From assembly GCA_031371785.1 (NCBI GenBank), contig JANMKC010000018.1, positions 4,266 to 68,265 on the forward strand: a stretch of 64,000 nucleotides of DNA, in the 5' to 3' direction. The notes under the pieces were generated by a model, which had not been told where the DNA came from, ran no database searches, and saw only the letters and a list, made by a program, of their open reading frames with translations. The position numbers and the translations under genes were made by a program. Position 1 is the first letter of the stretch. Each line of letters starts with the position of its first letter. This document shows, in pieces, positions 27,941 through 38,096 of the stretch. Origin of the DNA: Flavobacteriales bacterium. GTDB lineage: Bacteria > Bacteroidota > Bacteroidia > Flavobacteriales_F > PHOS-HE28.

Positions 27941-29286
27941 GGGTGACAGCATACAATGTTCGTTCTAGCGCACGGCCCGCGATCGGGGCCGTGTTGCTTT
28001 TTGCCCTGCTCGCAAGCCCCGGATGCAAAAAGCCGGAGGACGGCTTGGGACTGGACGTGCTTGATCCAGACAAGGCGTTGGGAACGCAGGTCACCGATTC
28101 CACGAGCATAGTAGCTTGGACCAAGGTGCCGGATGCGTCGCGCACCAGCGGGCTCAGCCGCAATGTGCTCGGATCATACCTGGATGCCGACTTCGGGCGG
28201 GTGAGCACTGGCATCGTGGCGCAGGTGCGCCTGAGCTCGAACAACGTGATCTTCGGGACTGACGTGGTATGCGACTCGTTGATACTGGCACTGGCTTACG
28301 ACCCCACCGCGTATGGCTATGGGAGTCCGGATCCCCAGTCCTTCAAGGTGTTCCGGTTGAGCGAAGATCTTTCACTTGATTCGGTGTACAAGAACGACCA
28401 CGTTCCCGCTGCGGACCTGGAAGATCTGTTGGACGGGACAAGGGACCAATACACCATCGATCCCACCACTCGCCCGTACATCGATGGAGATTCGCTGAGT
28501 CCCCAATTACGTCTCCCACTGAAGCGCTTGCTGGGCCAAGAGATCCTCCAGCTAGGATCTTTGACCCTTTCGAACAGCACCGAGTTCCTCCAATGGTTCA
28601 AAGGGTTCATGATATTGCCGGGCGATGAGCCATCAATACCGTTCCAACGGGCGGCCCTTTATTTCAATCTTCTGAACGCGGACAGCAAGCTCACTTTGTA
28701 CTACCACCATACGGGAGCCGGTGACTCGCTCAAATTCGACTTCAACATCAACACCAGCTGCGTGCGATACACGCTATCGAGCTTCGACCACGGAAGCGCT
28801 CTTCAGCCAGGGCTGCCGTTGGCGTTGCAGGATAGTACAGAGGGACAGCGACACATCTACATTCAGGCGCTCAACGGTCTGCGGGGTGAATTGCGTTTCC
28901 CCTTTCTGGACACGTACGCTGCACAAGGGCTGAAGGCCGTAGCAAAAGCGGAGCTTATCATTCCGCTGGAAGGGTCCTATTTCCCCACCTATGTTCCTCC
29001 CGAGCAGATCTTCGCCTTTCGCAAGGATGCGAGCGGCAAGGATGCGGTACTGCCCGACCAGGTGAACGCTTCGAACCAAGTGGGTGGCCTCTTCGATGCG
29101 AACACGCATGAATATCGATTGGTGATCACCCAATGGGTCCAGAAGGTCATCAACGGCGATCTCCCGAACACGGGTCTTTCCATCATTCCCGGTGCCAGCG
29201 GGGTGACCGTCAATCGAGCTGTTCTTGCGGGACCCATGAATTCCACAGGACCAATGAAGTTGCGGTTAACTTTCACCACCTATTGA
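27937..29286 (+). CDS. DUF4270-like lipoprotein
   Basis: lipoprotein signal ...LLFALLASPGC; position immediately after the glgA-like gene is the usual Bacteroidota arrangement; TTG or GTG start. Confidence 0.6.
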   Translation: MRVTAYNVRSSARPAIGAVLLFALLASPGCKKPEDGLGLDVLDPDKALGTQVTDSTSIVAWTKVPDASRTSGLSRNVLGSYLDADFGRVSTGIVAQVRLSSNNVIFGTDVVCDSLILALAYDPTAYGYGSPDPQSFKVFRLSEDLSLDSVYKNDHVPAADLEDLLDGTRDQYTIDPTTRPYIDGDSLSPQLRLPLKRLLGQEILQLGSLTLSNSTEFLQWFKGFMILPGDEPSIPFQRAALYFNLLNADSKLTLYYHHTGAGDSLKFDFNINTSCVRYTLSSFDHGSALQPGLPLALQDSTEGQRHIYIQALNGLRGELRFPFLDTYAAQGLKAVAKAELIIPLEGSYFPTYVPPEQIFAFRKDASGKDAVLPDQVNASNQVGGLFDANTHEYRLVITQWVQKVINGDLPNTGLSIIPGASGVTVNRAVLAGPMNSTGPMKLRLTFTTY

Positions 29287-29293
29287 CCTCTCC

Positions 29294-31138
29294 ATGTGCG
29301 GCATCGTTGGATACATGGGCGACAAGAACGCCTACCCGATCCTGATCAATGGGTTGAGGCGGCTGGAATACCGCGGCTATGACAGCGCAGGTGTGGCGCT
29401 GCTGGACGGCAATGCACTTCTGATCCACAAGTGCCAAGGCAAAGTGAGTGACCTGGAGACCCATGTGAACGGGAAGAACCTGAAAGGTACCGTCGGCATC
29501 GGTCATACACGTTGGGCCACGCATGGTCCACCGAACGATGTGAACGCGCACCCCCACCAGAGCACCAGTGGTGATCTGGCGCTGATCCACAATGGGATCA
29601 TCGAGAACTATGAGCCGATCAAGGAGGAACTGAAGCACCGCGGCCATGTGTTCAAGAGCGACACGGACACGGAGGTACTGGTACACCTGATCGATGACGT
29701 ACAACGCACCGAAGGCGTCGATCTGCCAGAGGCCGTTCGCCTTGCCCTCGAAAGCGCGGTAGGCGCGTACGCCATCGTGGTTATCGATCGCAAGCATCCC
29801 GACCTGATGGTCGCAGCCCGCAGGAGCAGTCCACTGGTGATCGGAATCGGCAACGACGGTGATCATTTCATCGCCAGCGATGCCACTCCCATCGTGGAGC
29901 ACACAAAGAACGTGGTGTACCTCGAGGACGGGGAGATCGCCGTGATCGAGCGGAACAAGGGCTTGAAGATCCGCAACGTGAAGAACCAGGAGAAGACGCC
30001 CTTCATCACGGAACTCGAGATGCACCTCGAAGCACTCGAGAAAGGCGGCTACGATCACTTCATGTTGAAAGAGATCCATGAGCAACCGCGCAGTATCCGC
30101 GACTCCATGCGGGGTCGCCTCAACCTGGCCCAAGGCGAGGTGGTGCTCGGTGGCATCAAGGACTACGAACAGAAATTCGTTAATGCGAAACGCATCATCA
30201 TCGTGGGCTGCGGCACGAGCTGGCATGCCGGACTGGTGGGTGAGTACCTGTTCGAAGAACTCGCACGGATCCCGGTGGAGGTGGAATACGCCAGCGAGTT
30301 CCGCTACCGCAACCCGATCATCAGCGAAGAGGACATCGTGATCGCCATAAGCCAGAGCGGGGAAACCGCGGACACGATGGCGGCGATCGAGCTGGCCAAA
30401 GGGCGTGGGGCCACCATTTTCGGGGTTTGCAATGTGGTAGGCAGCAGCATCGCGCGCATTACTCACGGCGGGGCATATACGCATGCTGGACCCGAGATCG
30501 GCGTAGCCAGCACCAAGGCCTTCACCGCACAGGTCACTGTGCTCACCCTCATGGCCTTGATGATCGGGCAAAAGAAAGGGACGATCACCGGCAGCCGCTT
30601 CCAGCGCCTGATCAACGAGCTGGACGCGATACCGGGCAAGGTCGAACAGGTGCTCAAGAACGAAGCGCAGATGAAGTACATCGCCGACATCTACAAGGAT
30701 ACGCGCAACGTACTTTACCTCGGCCGTGGCTTCACGTTCCCGGTCGCGCTCGAAGGCGCATTGAAATTGAAGGAGATCAGTTACATCCACGCGGAAGGAT
30801 ACCCGGCCGCCGAAATGAAACATGGCCCTATCGCGTTGATCGATGAGGAGATGCCCGTGTTCGTGATCGCGACGAAGGGAGCCAGCTACGAAAAAGTGGT
30901 GAGCAACATACAGGAGGTGAAGGCGCGCAAGGGCAAGATCATAGCGATCGTGACGGAGGGCGACACCGTGGTGAAGGGCCTCGCCGATCACGTGATCGAG
31001 ATCCCTGAAACACCTGATGCGTTGGCTCCGCTGCTTACTGTTATCCCGTACCAACTATTGAGCTACCACATTGCGGTGATGCGCGGATGCAACGTCGATC
31101 AGCCACGGAATCTGGCGAAGAGCGTTACGGTGGAATAG
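29294..31138 (+). CDS. glmS: glutamine--fructose-6-phosphate aminotransferase
   Basis: MCGIVGY N-terminal nucleophile; two SIS domains; C-terminal ...NLAKSVTVE. Confidence 0.95.
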   Translation: MCGIVGYMGDKNAYPILINGLRRLEYRGYDSAGVALLDGNALLIHKCQGKVSDLETHVNGKNLKGTVGIGHTRWATHGPPNDVNAHPHQSTSGDLALIHNGIIENYEPIKEELKHRGHVFKSDTDTEVLVHLIDDVQRTEGVDLPEAVRLALESAVGAYAIVVIDRKHPDLMVAARRSSPLVIGIGNDGDHFIASDATPIVEHTKNVVYLEDGEIAVIERNKGLKIRNVKNQEKTPFITELEMHLEALEKGGYDHFMLKEIHEQPRSIRDSMRGRLNLAQGEVVLGGIKDYEQKFVNAKRIIIVGCGTSWHAGLVGEYLFEELARIPVEVEYASEFRYRNPIISEEDIVIAISQSGETADTMAAIELAKGRGATIFGVCNVVGSSIARITHGGAYTHAGPEIGVASTKAFTAQVTVLTLMALMIGQKKGTITGSRFQRLINELDAIPGKVEQVLKNEAQMKYIADIYKDTRNVLYLGRGFTFPVALEGALKLKEISYIHAEGYPAAEMKHGPIALIDEEMPVFVIATKGASYEKVVSNIQEVKARKGKIIAIVTEGDTVVKGLADHVIEIPETPDALAPLLTVIPYQLLSYHIAVMRGCNVDQPRNLAKSVTVE

Positions 31139-31514
31139 GCTCTTGGGACCGTGGTCGCGCCCACATGAATACGCGCCGGCTGTTCTGGTACGCGGACAGA
31201 TCATCCGTGAACAGGATGTGCCCTATGTCGATCAGGACCAGGATCCCGAAACCGCCGAAGGTGACCGCATAGATCAGTGGCATTACGGGCGATGTTCCGA
31301 GGTACAATCGGTGCCCCCCGAAAGGTCCGACGGTGATGGCTAGTGCGGCGGCCAGCGCACGGCTGATATGCGCGTCAGATGCACTTGACGCTGAGCTGTC
31401 CGTAGCGGCACACTCCTCCGATAGCACGTTGGCGTTCACCCGGAAGAACGGACCGGCGGCGGAAACCCCGACCCGAAGGAACAGCAGCGTGAAGAGGGTC
31501 AGAACAGCGCGCAT
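31125..31514 (-). CDS. TM2 domain-containing membrane protein
   Basis: GGHRLYLG...AVTFGGFGILVLIDIGHIL. Confidence 0.65.
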   Translation of the reverse strand: MRAVLTLFTLLFLRVGVSAAGPFFRVNANVLSEECAATDSSASSASDAHISRALAAALAITVGPFGGHRLYLGTSPVMPLIYAVTFGGFGILVLIDIGHILFTDDLSAYQNSRRVFMWARPRSQEPIPP

Positions 31515-31575
31515 GGGCCGAAAAGGTAGCGGGGCACCCGACCCACAGCACTTTCGTGGAAGGGCCAAGGCTCCA

Positions 31576-32184
31576 CTACCGGCCTGTGTCGTAGCGCCCG
31601 GCTACCACGTTCCAATCCACCACGTTCCACCAAGCGGTGATGTAATCCGGACGGCGGTTCTGGTAGTTCAAATAGTAGGCGTGTTCCCATACGTCCAAGC
31701 CAAGGACTGGTGTTCCCCCGCACCCCGTGCCGGGCATGAGCGGATTGTCCTGGTTCGGTGTGGAGCAGATCTCGACGTTGCCCCCTTTATGCACACAGAG
31801 CCACGCCCAGCCGCTGCCGAAGCGCGTGGTAGCGGCTTGCGCGAACTTCTCTTTGAAGGCGTCAAAGGAACCGAAGGCCGAGTCGATGGCCGAGGCCAGG
31901 TCCCCTGCGGGTTTGCCGCCAACGTTGGCGGCCATGATATTCCAGAAGAGCGTGTGGTTGTAGTGGCCACCACCATTGTTGCGCACCGCCATATTGCCCA
32001 TGTCCAGACTGCGCAAGAGGTCTTCGATCGACAAGCTGTCCAGAGGCGTGCCGTCAATGGCCTTGTTCAGGTTGGTCACATAGGCATTGTGGTGCTTGCC
32101 GTGGTGGATCTCCATGGTACGGGCATCAATATGTGGCTCCAACGCATTGAATGCGTAGGGCAATGGGGGCAGTTGGAAAGGCAT
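31576..32184 (-). CDS. sodA: superoxide dismutase (Fe/Mn family)
   Basis: [29 protein letters not shown]...DVWEHAYYL. Confidence 0.9.
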   Translation of the reverse strand: MPFQLPPLPYAFNALEPHIDARTMEIHHGKHHNAYVTNLNKAIDGTPLDSLSIEDLLRSLDMGNMAVRNNGGGHYNHTLFWNIMAANVGGKPAGDLASAIDSAFGSFDAFKEKFAQAATTRFGSGWAWLCVHKGGNVEICSTPNQDNPLMPGTGCGGTPVLGLDVWEHAYYLNYQNRRPDYITAWWNVVDWNVVAGRYDTGR

Positions 32185-32315
32185 GTAGGTGTTGGGGTTG
32201 AACAGGGTCCGGGCAGGCCGGGGCGAAAGATAGATGCAGCATGGATGGGCAACTCCTTGACGGATAGCCGAAATGATTACTTTCGCCCGCACTTTCACCA
32301 AAACAGAACACGGAA

Positions 32316-32561
32316 ATGATCAGGAAGTTCGCAGTGCTCGCCACCACGGCGGCTCTCATGGTTGGCTGCGGCGGCGCCAGCGAGGAGAACATGCAAGACA
32401 AGATGAAGGCCGCTCAGGACAGTGTCAACAAGATGATGGAGCAGGCCGCAGCCGATATGAAGGCCGCGACCGACGCCGCTGCTGACAGCGCCAGCAAAAT
32501 GATGAACGCCGCCGGTGACAGCGCTTCCAAAATGATGGAGGACGCCAAGACGACCAAGTAG
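32316..32561 (+). CDS. small lipoprotein with reiterated (D/A)SASKMM motifs
   Basis: lipobox LMVGCGG; three ...AAxDSASKMM(N/E)... repeats. Confidence 0.5.
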   Translation: MIRKFAVLATTAALMVGCGGASEENMQDKMKAAQDSVNKMMEQAAADMKAATDAAADSASKMMNAAGDSASKMMEDAKTTK

Positions 32562-32586
32562 GTCGGCATCATTTACGAGAACGAGC

Positions 32587-32614
32587 AAGGGGCCGCGAGG
32601 CCCCTTCTCATTTT
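32587..32614. terminator. bidirectional rho-independent terminator between convergent genes
   Basis: aaggggcc-gcga-ggcccctt followed by ctcatttt. Confidence 0.7.
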
Positions 32615-32620
32615 AATGAC

Positions 32621-34252
32621 CTATCGCAGGTTGTCCGCGTGTTCAGCGATAGCCGAGCGGGCCTTCGCATACAGACTATCCCCTTGGATGAGGATGCGGT
32701 AGTAGCCCGCATCTCCCCAGATGTTGCGCGCGATGGCCGCCTTCAGCCGTTCGGCGATCAGGTGCTGCGAACGCTGCATGCCGGAAGCGTCCTGCCGAAC
32801 ACCTTGGGCCGCCGCCTCTTTGGCCAATTCCATTAGTTGCAGTGCTGTTACATGGTACCCAATGGCGAAGGATGCCGGCTGGCCGAAGGCTTTGATCCGG
32901 TCGCGATGACGATCGGCGATATCGAAAGCGAAGTCATTGAGCGCACCGCTGAAGAAAAGCTCGCTCAGGTATGCGGAACGCTCCGACGTGTCCGCAGGGA
33001 CGAAGATGTCCGGCATGATACCTCCGCCGCCGAAGACGGTCCGGCCCTTCAACGTGGTGAATTTCTGCGACGTGTCCAAGTGTATGCTGTCGGCGTGGAG
33101 GAGTTCGCCGTGGTCGAAACGATGGCTCATGTCCTCGTCATAGTCGATCCCGTTCCCATATGGTCGCTGGATGCAGCGGCCACTGGGTGTGTAGTAGCGT
33201 GCGGTAGTGATCCGCACCGCGCTGTGGTCCTCCAGTTCCACGTGCTCCTGCACGAGACCCTTCCCGAACGATCGACGACCGATGATGAGGCCACGATCAT
33301 TGTCCTGGATCGCACCCGAAACGATCTCACTGGCCGAGGCGGAACCTTCATCGATCAGGATCGCCAGTGGCATATCCACGAGCAGTCCGTGACCCTCGGA
33401 GAGGTAGTCTTTTCTGGGCGCGGTGCGTCCTTGCGTGTACAGGATCTTCCTTCCGGCTGGAAGTAGCTGATCGCAAATGCCCGTAGCGGCGATCAGGTAG
33501 CCGCCGCCATTCCCACGCAGGTCAAGCACGAGCCGCTTCATGCCTTGGCCGATCAATTCCTTCGAGGCCTTCACGAACTCTTCCTCAGTGGTGCGCGCGA
33601 AACGGTTCAGCTTGATGTAGCCCGTACCATCGGGATCGATGATAGCCACTGCCACACTATTGATCGGGATCTCACCCCGTTCGATCGTCACATCGAAAGG
33701 CTTCCTGCCGCTTCGCATAAGACTCACGGTCACCTTGCTTCCTCCTGGCCCGCGCAACGCCTTCATCACCTCCTCGTTCGAGACCTTCACCCCTGCGAGT
33801 TTCTTCCCGTCCGCACTTACGATGCGATCACCCGCCCGGATACCCAGCGCCGCGCTCGGTCCACCTTCCACCGGGCTGATCACCACGATGGTATCGCGTT
33901 GTATCGCGAATTCCACACCGATGCCCATGAAGCTGCCTTCGAGCGGTTCCTGCGCGGCCTGCAGATCCGCAGCGCTGATGTAGTAGCTGTGCGGGTCCAA
34001 TTTCTGCAACATGTCCTGCAGCACTTCATCAACCAACTTGTCCTCATGCACGGTATCCACATAGTTGCGATCGATCAATTCGAGGACCTGGTCCACCTTG
34101 TCGCTCGGACGTTCTCGATGGAACGAGAACAAACCATGGTCGGCCACGTGGGGCTTGCCGAAGCGTTCACCGACGAGGAAACCCGCGGCGATCGCGAGCC
34201 CCAGCAATAGCGGGAACAGCACGACCGTCCAAGACCTCGACCTTTCATTCAT
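32621..34252 (-). CDS. S41 family carboxy-terminal processing peptidase (with PDZ domain)
   Basis: ...IRAGDRIVSADGKKL...; catalytic Ser/Lys region ...GSASASEIVSGAIQD...GRRSFGKGLVQ. Confidence 0.85.
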   Translation of the reverse strand: MNERSRSWTVVLFPLLLGLAIAAGFLVGERFGKPHVADHGLFSFHRERPSDKVDQVLELIDRNYVDTVHEDKLVDEVLQDMLQKLDPHSYYISAADLQAAQEPLEGSFMGIGVEFAIQRDTIVVISPVEGGPSAALGIRAGDRIVSADGKKLAGVKVSNEEVMKALRGPGGSKVTVSLMRSGRKPFDVTIERGEIPINSVAVAIIDPDGTGYIKLNRFARTTEEEFVKASKELIGQGMKRLVLDLRGNGGGYLIAATGICDQLLPAGRKILYTQGRTAPRKDYLSEGHGLLVDMPLAILIDEGSASASEIVSGAIQDNDRGLIIGRRSFGKGLVQEHVELEDHSAVRITTARYYTPSGRCIQRPYGNGIDYDEDMSHRFDHGELLHADSIHLDTSQKFTTLKGRTVFGGGGIMPDIFVPADTSERSAYLSELFFSGALNDFAFDIADRHRDRIKAFGQPASFAIGYHVTALQLMELAKEAAAQGVRQDASGMQRSQHLIAERLKAAIARNIWGDAGYYRILIQGDSLYAKARSAIAEHADNLR

Positions 34253-34256
34253 GATC

Positions 34257-34736
34257 TCACAGGTCGCTCAGTTGGTGTATGAGCACGTGGCCGTCCCTCA
34301 ACAGTTCGAGCCCCGCCGGGTCCTTGTACGCATCGAGGTAGACAAGCCGCTTGATGCCAGCCTGCAGGATCAACTTGCTGCATTCCCTGCATGGTGAGTG
34401 TGTCAAGTAGAGCGTCGCTTCCCGTGCGTTGTTCGTGCTGCGTGCCACCTTCATGATCGCATTGGCTTCGGCGTGAAGAACGTACCAGTGCGTGTTCCCG
34501 TTGGCGTCTTCACAATCGTTGGGAAAGCCCGTGGGCGTACCGTTGTAGCCATCGCTGATGATCATGCCTTCCTTCACGATCAGCGCACCGACCTGCTTCC
34601 GCGTGCAATGGCTGAGCTTGCTCCACTCGAGCGCCATCTTCATGTAGGCGCGGTCGTAGCGCTCCTGTTTGGAGGGGTCGGAGTAGGTAAGCGAATCCTT
34701 CTGCATCGGCTCGATCGGCGCGCATTGCACGGTCAC
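34257..34736 (-). CDS. dCMP deaminase (CMP/dCMP deaminase zinc-binding family)
   Basis: HAEANAI...SPCRECSKLI zinc-binding motifs. Confidence 0.85.
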   Translation of the reverse strand: MTVQCAPIEPMQKDSLTYSDPSKQERYDRAYMKMALEWSKLSHCTRKQVGALIVKEGMIISDGYNGTPTGFPNDCEDANGNTHWYVLHAEANAIMKVARSTNNAREATLYLTHSPCRECSKLILQAGIKRLVYLDAYKDPAGLELLRDGHVLIHQLSDL

Positions 34737-34778
34737 CGATCATCTGATCATCCGATCGTCCGATCATCTGATCACTTG
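34737..34778. repeat. tandem GATC(A/G)TC-type heptamer repeats adjacent to the tRNA
   Basis: catctgatcatccgatcgtccgatcatctgatca. Confidence 0.6.
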
Positions 34779-34780
34779 TG

Positions 34781-34862
34781 TACCCAGGGCGGGAGTCGAA
34801 CCCGCACGATTTGCATCACTGGTGTTTGAGACCAGCGCGTCTACCAATTCCGCCACCTGGGT
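34781..34862 (-). tRNA. tRNA-Leu, anticodon CAA
   Basis: ACCCAGG/CCTGGGT acceptor stem; GGCGGAATTGGTAGACGC D-arm; CT-CAA-AC anticodon loop; long variable arm; GGTTCGACTCC T-arm; aligns closely with E. coli tRNA-Leu(CAA). Confidence 0.9.
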
Positions 34863-34904
34863 AGGTGCCTTCCTACGAAGGGCGGCGAAGATAGAATGAT
34901 GGCG

Positions 34905-36698
34905 CTACTGCTTTACGAAACGCCCGCGCCATTGCCGAGCAGCCGATGTAATGCTCACTTCATACACGCCCGATGCGAGCGCTGCGACGTCGATCGTGCT
35001 CCGCTCACCCGCGATCGCATGGCTCAACACCAACTTGCCTGTGGCATCGTGGATCATGAGGTCGCCGCGCGTGACCAGTCCCGGAACGCGCACTTGCAGT
35101 TGATCCGTCACGGGCACGGGATAGAGTTGCAATGGGGCCACATCATTCGTGTACTCCGCTACGCCGGTGGCGATAAGACCGCAAGGCAATGGATCACCCC
35201 GGAAGCCATCAGGAAACGTATTCGCGAATGCGCGCACGCTATCAACTCGTGAACGCAGCGCATCAGCGCTCGCGTTCGGGCCACCGCTGCTTGCACGCGC
35301 ATACACGAAGGCGACGAGGACATCATTGTACTGTCCGGGTTCCATCGTGAACGGTCCCATTGAGCCAAGTGCTTTGCGATCGCCGGGCATATTGCCTGCG
35401 CCACCTTCGGTCCACGCGGGTTCGATCTGGCCATTGGTTCCAACGCCTGTGGGGTCGCTGTTTCCAGGGAACATGAAGTGCGCGGGCATTGCGTTCGGAT
35501 CCGTTGAGTAACCAGTGCTGCCATAGGATTGCGGTGTGCCATCCTTCCAGACCCCTTGCAGCGCGTTCATGAATTCGGCGGGTGTGCCGGGTTCACCTTG
35601 CGCTCCGCCACTGGTCAGCAAGTAGTGGAAGTAGGAGAGTCCGTAGCGTTCGTTGTCGGCAACGCCGTCGTTGAAATGTGTTCCGTTGAGAGCGGGGATC
35701 GCCAGTGTCGTGGTGTTGTCGATCCCATCATAGTCCAGATAGGGACCTCTCAGGATGGCAGCGCCGAACGCGGGCGGCTGCGTGCCGTAGCCCAGTTCTC
35801 CAGCGCAATCCTCGTCGTTGTTGTCACCGTTCACCACGTAGAAGAGGCTGCGCGCCGCGTCGCATTGCACGTAGTCGTCCTGTCCGCAACCGAGATCGAA
35901 GTCTGCGAAAAGCCCGACGTATGCATTGTGCAGCGTGAGTGTACCCTGATTGATGATGCGGTAGAAGACGAAGACCGTTTGGTTCAGCGCAGCATTTCCG
36001 GAGGAATAGGCGAACGGGTTCATCTGCACCTCAATGCCGATCTGTTGCCCGCCGGTGTGCGCGTGTGTGTTCAGCTTGTCGTTGAAGACGAGCCACAGGC
36101 TTTGGTCGCCGAGCAGACACGGGTAATCGCCATCACTTGGGTTGTAATCACCATCGCCATTGAAGTCGTGAAATGGTGCTTGATAGAGATCCTGACCTGC
36201 GCCAACGTCACCGATCGCTGGCCATGAGAAAAAGCTTGGCGGTATCGTGTAGTCCGGAAACTCCACGTTCACATCGCAGCCGGGCGTTGTAAGGCATCGG
36301 TAGTACGCGTCTTGTTCGGCGGACTGGGAATGCAGCACCGACCACACTTGATCATACAGCTGCGAGACCGCCGGAGTGATCGATGCGCCACCGGTGTTCG
36401 TCAGCGGCCCGGGCCAGAAGTCGCCGGTAGCAAGTGTCTCATACTCTTGCGCTGCGATGTGGACCTGGTTGCTCGTGTCCAGTCCGCCGATCCACAAACC
36501 GGCCGAGAACAACGGACTCGCGCTTTGCCCAGCGGGAACGATGTAGTCCGGTGTTTGGTTGCCGAGATCCATGCCGATCAACCCGTTGGAGTAGATGCGC
36601 GTGTGAACATCGTTGATGTTCAACACGCCGTGGTTCTGTGCGTGCAACGTGGTGGTGATCGCGATCGCGAAGGCTAATGCGTAGTGCTTCAGGTTCAT
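34905..36698 (-). CDS. secreted protein with a T9SS type A C-terminal sorting domain (hypothetical function)
   Basis: signal peptide MNLKHYALAFAIAITTTLHAQ; C-terminus ...LQLYPVPVTDQLQVRV...LVLSHAI...GVYEVSI. Confidence 0.7.
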   Translation of the reverse strand: MNLKHYALAFAIAITTTLHAQNHGVLNINDVHTRIYSNGLIGMDLGNQTPDYIVPAGQSASPLFSAGLWIGGLDTSNQVHIAAQEYETLATGDFWPGPLTNTGGASITPAVSQLYDQVWSVLHSQSAEQDAYYRCLTTPGCDVNVEFPDYTIPPSFFSWPAIGDVGAGQDLYQAPFHDFNGDGDYNPSDGDYPCLLGDQSLWLVFNDKLNTHAHTGGQQIGIEVQMNPFAYSSGNAALNQTVFVFYRIINQGTLTLHNAYVGLFADFDLGCGQDDYVQCDAARSLFYVVNGDNNDEDCAGELGYGTQPPAFGAAILRGPYLDYDGIDNTTTLAIPALNGTHFNDGVADNERYGLSYFHYLLTSGGAQGEPGTPAEFMNALQGVWKDGTPQSYGSTGYSTDPNAMPAHFMFPGNSDPTGVGTNGQIEPAWTEGGAGNMPGDRKALGSMGPFTMEPGQYNDVLVAFVYARASSGGPNASADALRSRVDSVRAFANTFPDGFRGDPLPCGLIATGVAEYTNDVAPLQLYPVPVTDQLQVRVPGLVTRGDLMIHDATGKLVLSHAIAGERSTIDVAALASGVYEVSITSAARQWRGRFVKQ

Positions 36699-36817
36699 GG
36701 TGATCGGGTTTTGAAAGTGAACGAACGCAGCGACAGGATGAAGCTATCGGCTTCGCACCAATATTTACCAGCGTGATCGGGCAACGGCTCGATCCGCACA
36801 GCGAACGGTGATGTTGA

Positions 36818-38035
36818 TCACAACGAAATGAAACCCCAGAAGAATCCTGCGACCAGCAGCACGATGAACATGACCATATACGGTATGCTCATCAACAGGA
36901 AGCGCAAGAACGTGGGGATCCAGCGCTTGCCATACACATGGCGCAGCGAGAGCAGCAAATAGACCAGGCAGATCAGCGCCACCGGCACGGTGGTCCAGTC
37001 AGGCCATTCGCCAGGGATCAGCAGTGCGATCACGAGCAGCATGCTGAAGAAGAGGAAGAAGATGGTATGGATGTGTACTGAAAAAATGAAGTGCTCCCAG
37101 TAATAACGTTTGGGGTAGAAGATCCAGAGCAGCAACACGGCCGTGAAGGGCATCAACAGGAACATGATCAACGACACGCTCTTCACCACCAGATGCGCGA
37201 GGCGATGCGCGCCTTGGAGCGATCCGACCTGCAGGCGCCCCAAGGATCGTAGCGCGCGGCGCTTGATCCAGCTGGAAGTGGTGTCCTGTCCGTCCCTCAG
37301 GATCGAATCCGCCTGTAAGTCGGTCATGTTCGCTCCTATCCTCATGAAGTGGGCCTGCTCCGCCTTGTTCGAGAACGTGATGCTCTCGCTTTCGAAGAAC
37401 CTCACATGCCGTAGCACATCAAGTGATGAGGTGTCGGGCAAGTGGCGCAACGCTTCCAACAGCCTGCTCCTCGCACCGGTCAGCGTATCCGCGTCCGCCG
37501 CATCGATCAGGCTGTCCAGCAAGAGCGCATCACCACCTTGCAACCGTTTTCGTGCGACCTGATACCAAGGTGGATCGATCGGCAGATAGAAATGTTTGAC
37601 AAGTGCAGAATCGTTCAGCAGGGGCTCCATGATACTGTCAGGCAGTATGTGCCCCAATGTGGATACAGCGGATTCCTGGCCGTGTACGGGCGCGTTCTGC
37701 ACTTCGATCCCACGGTCCACCCACCACGTGAGCAACGCGAAGAAGATCACGCTGACGAAGAAGTAGAAGCGCGCCGGGTTGATGTGCCGCGCGCGCCGTC
37801 CTTCCACAAAGTCTTTGGTCAACTGGCCCGGCCGCGTGAAGATGGCCTTCAGCGTGTTCCACAGTTTCGTGTCGAAATGTGTGAGGCTCTCCACGAACTC
37901 GTATGCGAAGCGCCTGAACGGAACGCGCAGGTCGTGGTTCTCCTGTCCGCAATGCGGGCAATATTCGAAGTCAGCTTGAAGCCCGGTGCCGCAATTGGGG
38001 CAGGCCAGTCCTTTCTTGCGGTGCTTGCGGGCCAT
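36818..38035 (-). CDS. DUF3667-like membrane protein with an N-terminal zinc ribbon
   Basis: CPNCG...CPHCG zinc ribbon followed by multiple TM helices. Confidence 0.65.
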   Translation of the reverse strand: MARKHRKKGLACPNCGTGLQADFEYCPHCGQENHDLRVPFRRFAYEFVESLTHFDTKLWNTLKAIFTRPGQLTKDFVEGRRARHINPARFYFFVSVIFFALLTWWVDRGIEVQNAPVHGQESAVSTLGHILPDSIMEPLLNDSALVKHFYLPIDPPWYQVARKRLQGGDALLLDSLIDAADADTLTGARSRLLEALRHLPDTSSLDVLRHVRFFESESITFSNKAEQAHFMRIGANMTDLQADSILRDGQDTTSSWIKRRALRSLGRLQVGSLQGAHRLAHLVVKSVSLIMFLLMPFTAVLLLWIFYPKRYYWEHFIFSVHIHTIFFLFFSMLLVIALLIPGEWPDWTTVPVALICLVYLLLSLRHVYGKRWIPTFLRFLLMSIPYMVMFIVLLVAGFFWGFISL

Positions 38036-38096
38036 GTGTTCAATATCCGTTCTGCTTAACGCCCTCGGCGGCTTTGCGTCTCTGCGGTGAATGGAT

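Noticed and set aside
29273-31054. 593-aa minus-strand ORF covering glmS
   Set aside because: Antisense shadow of glmS
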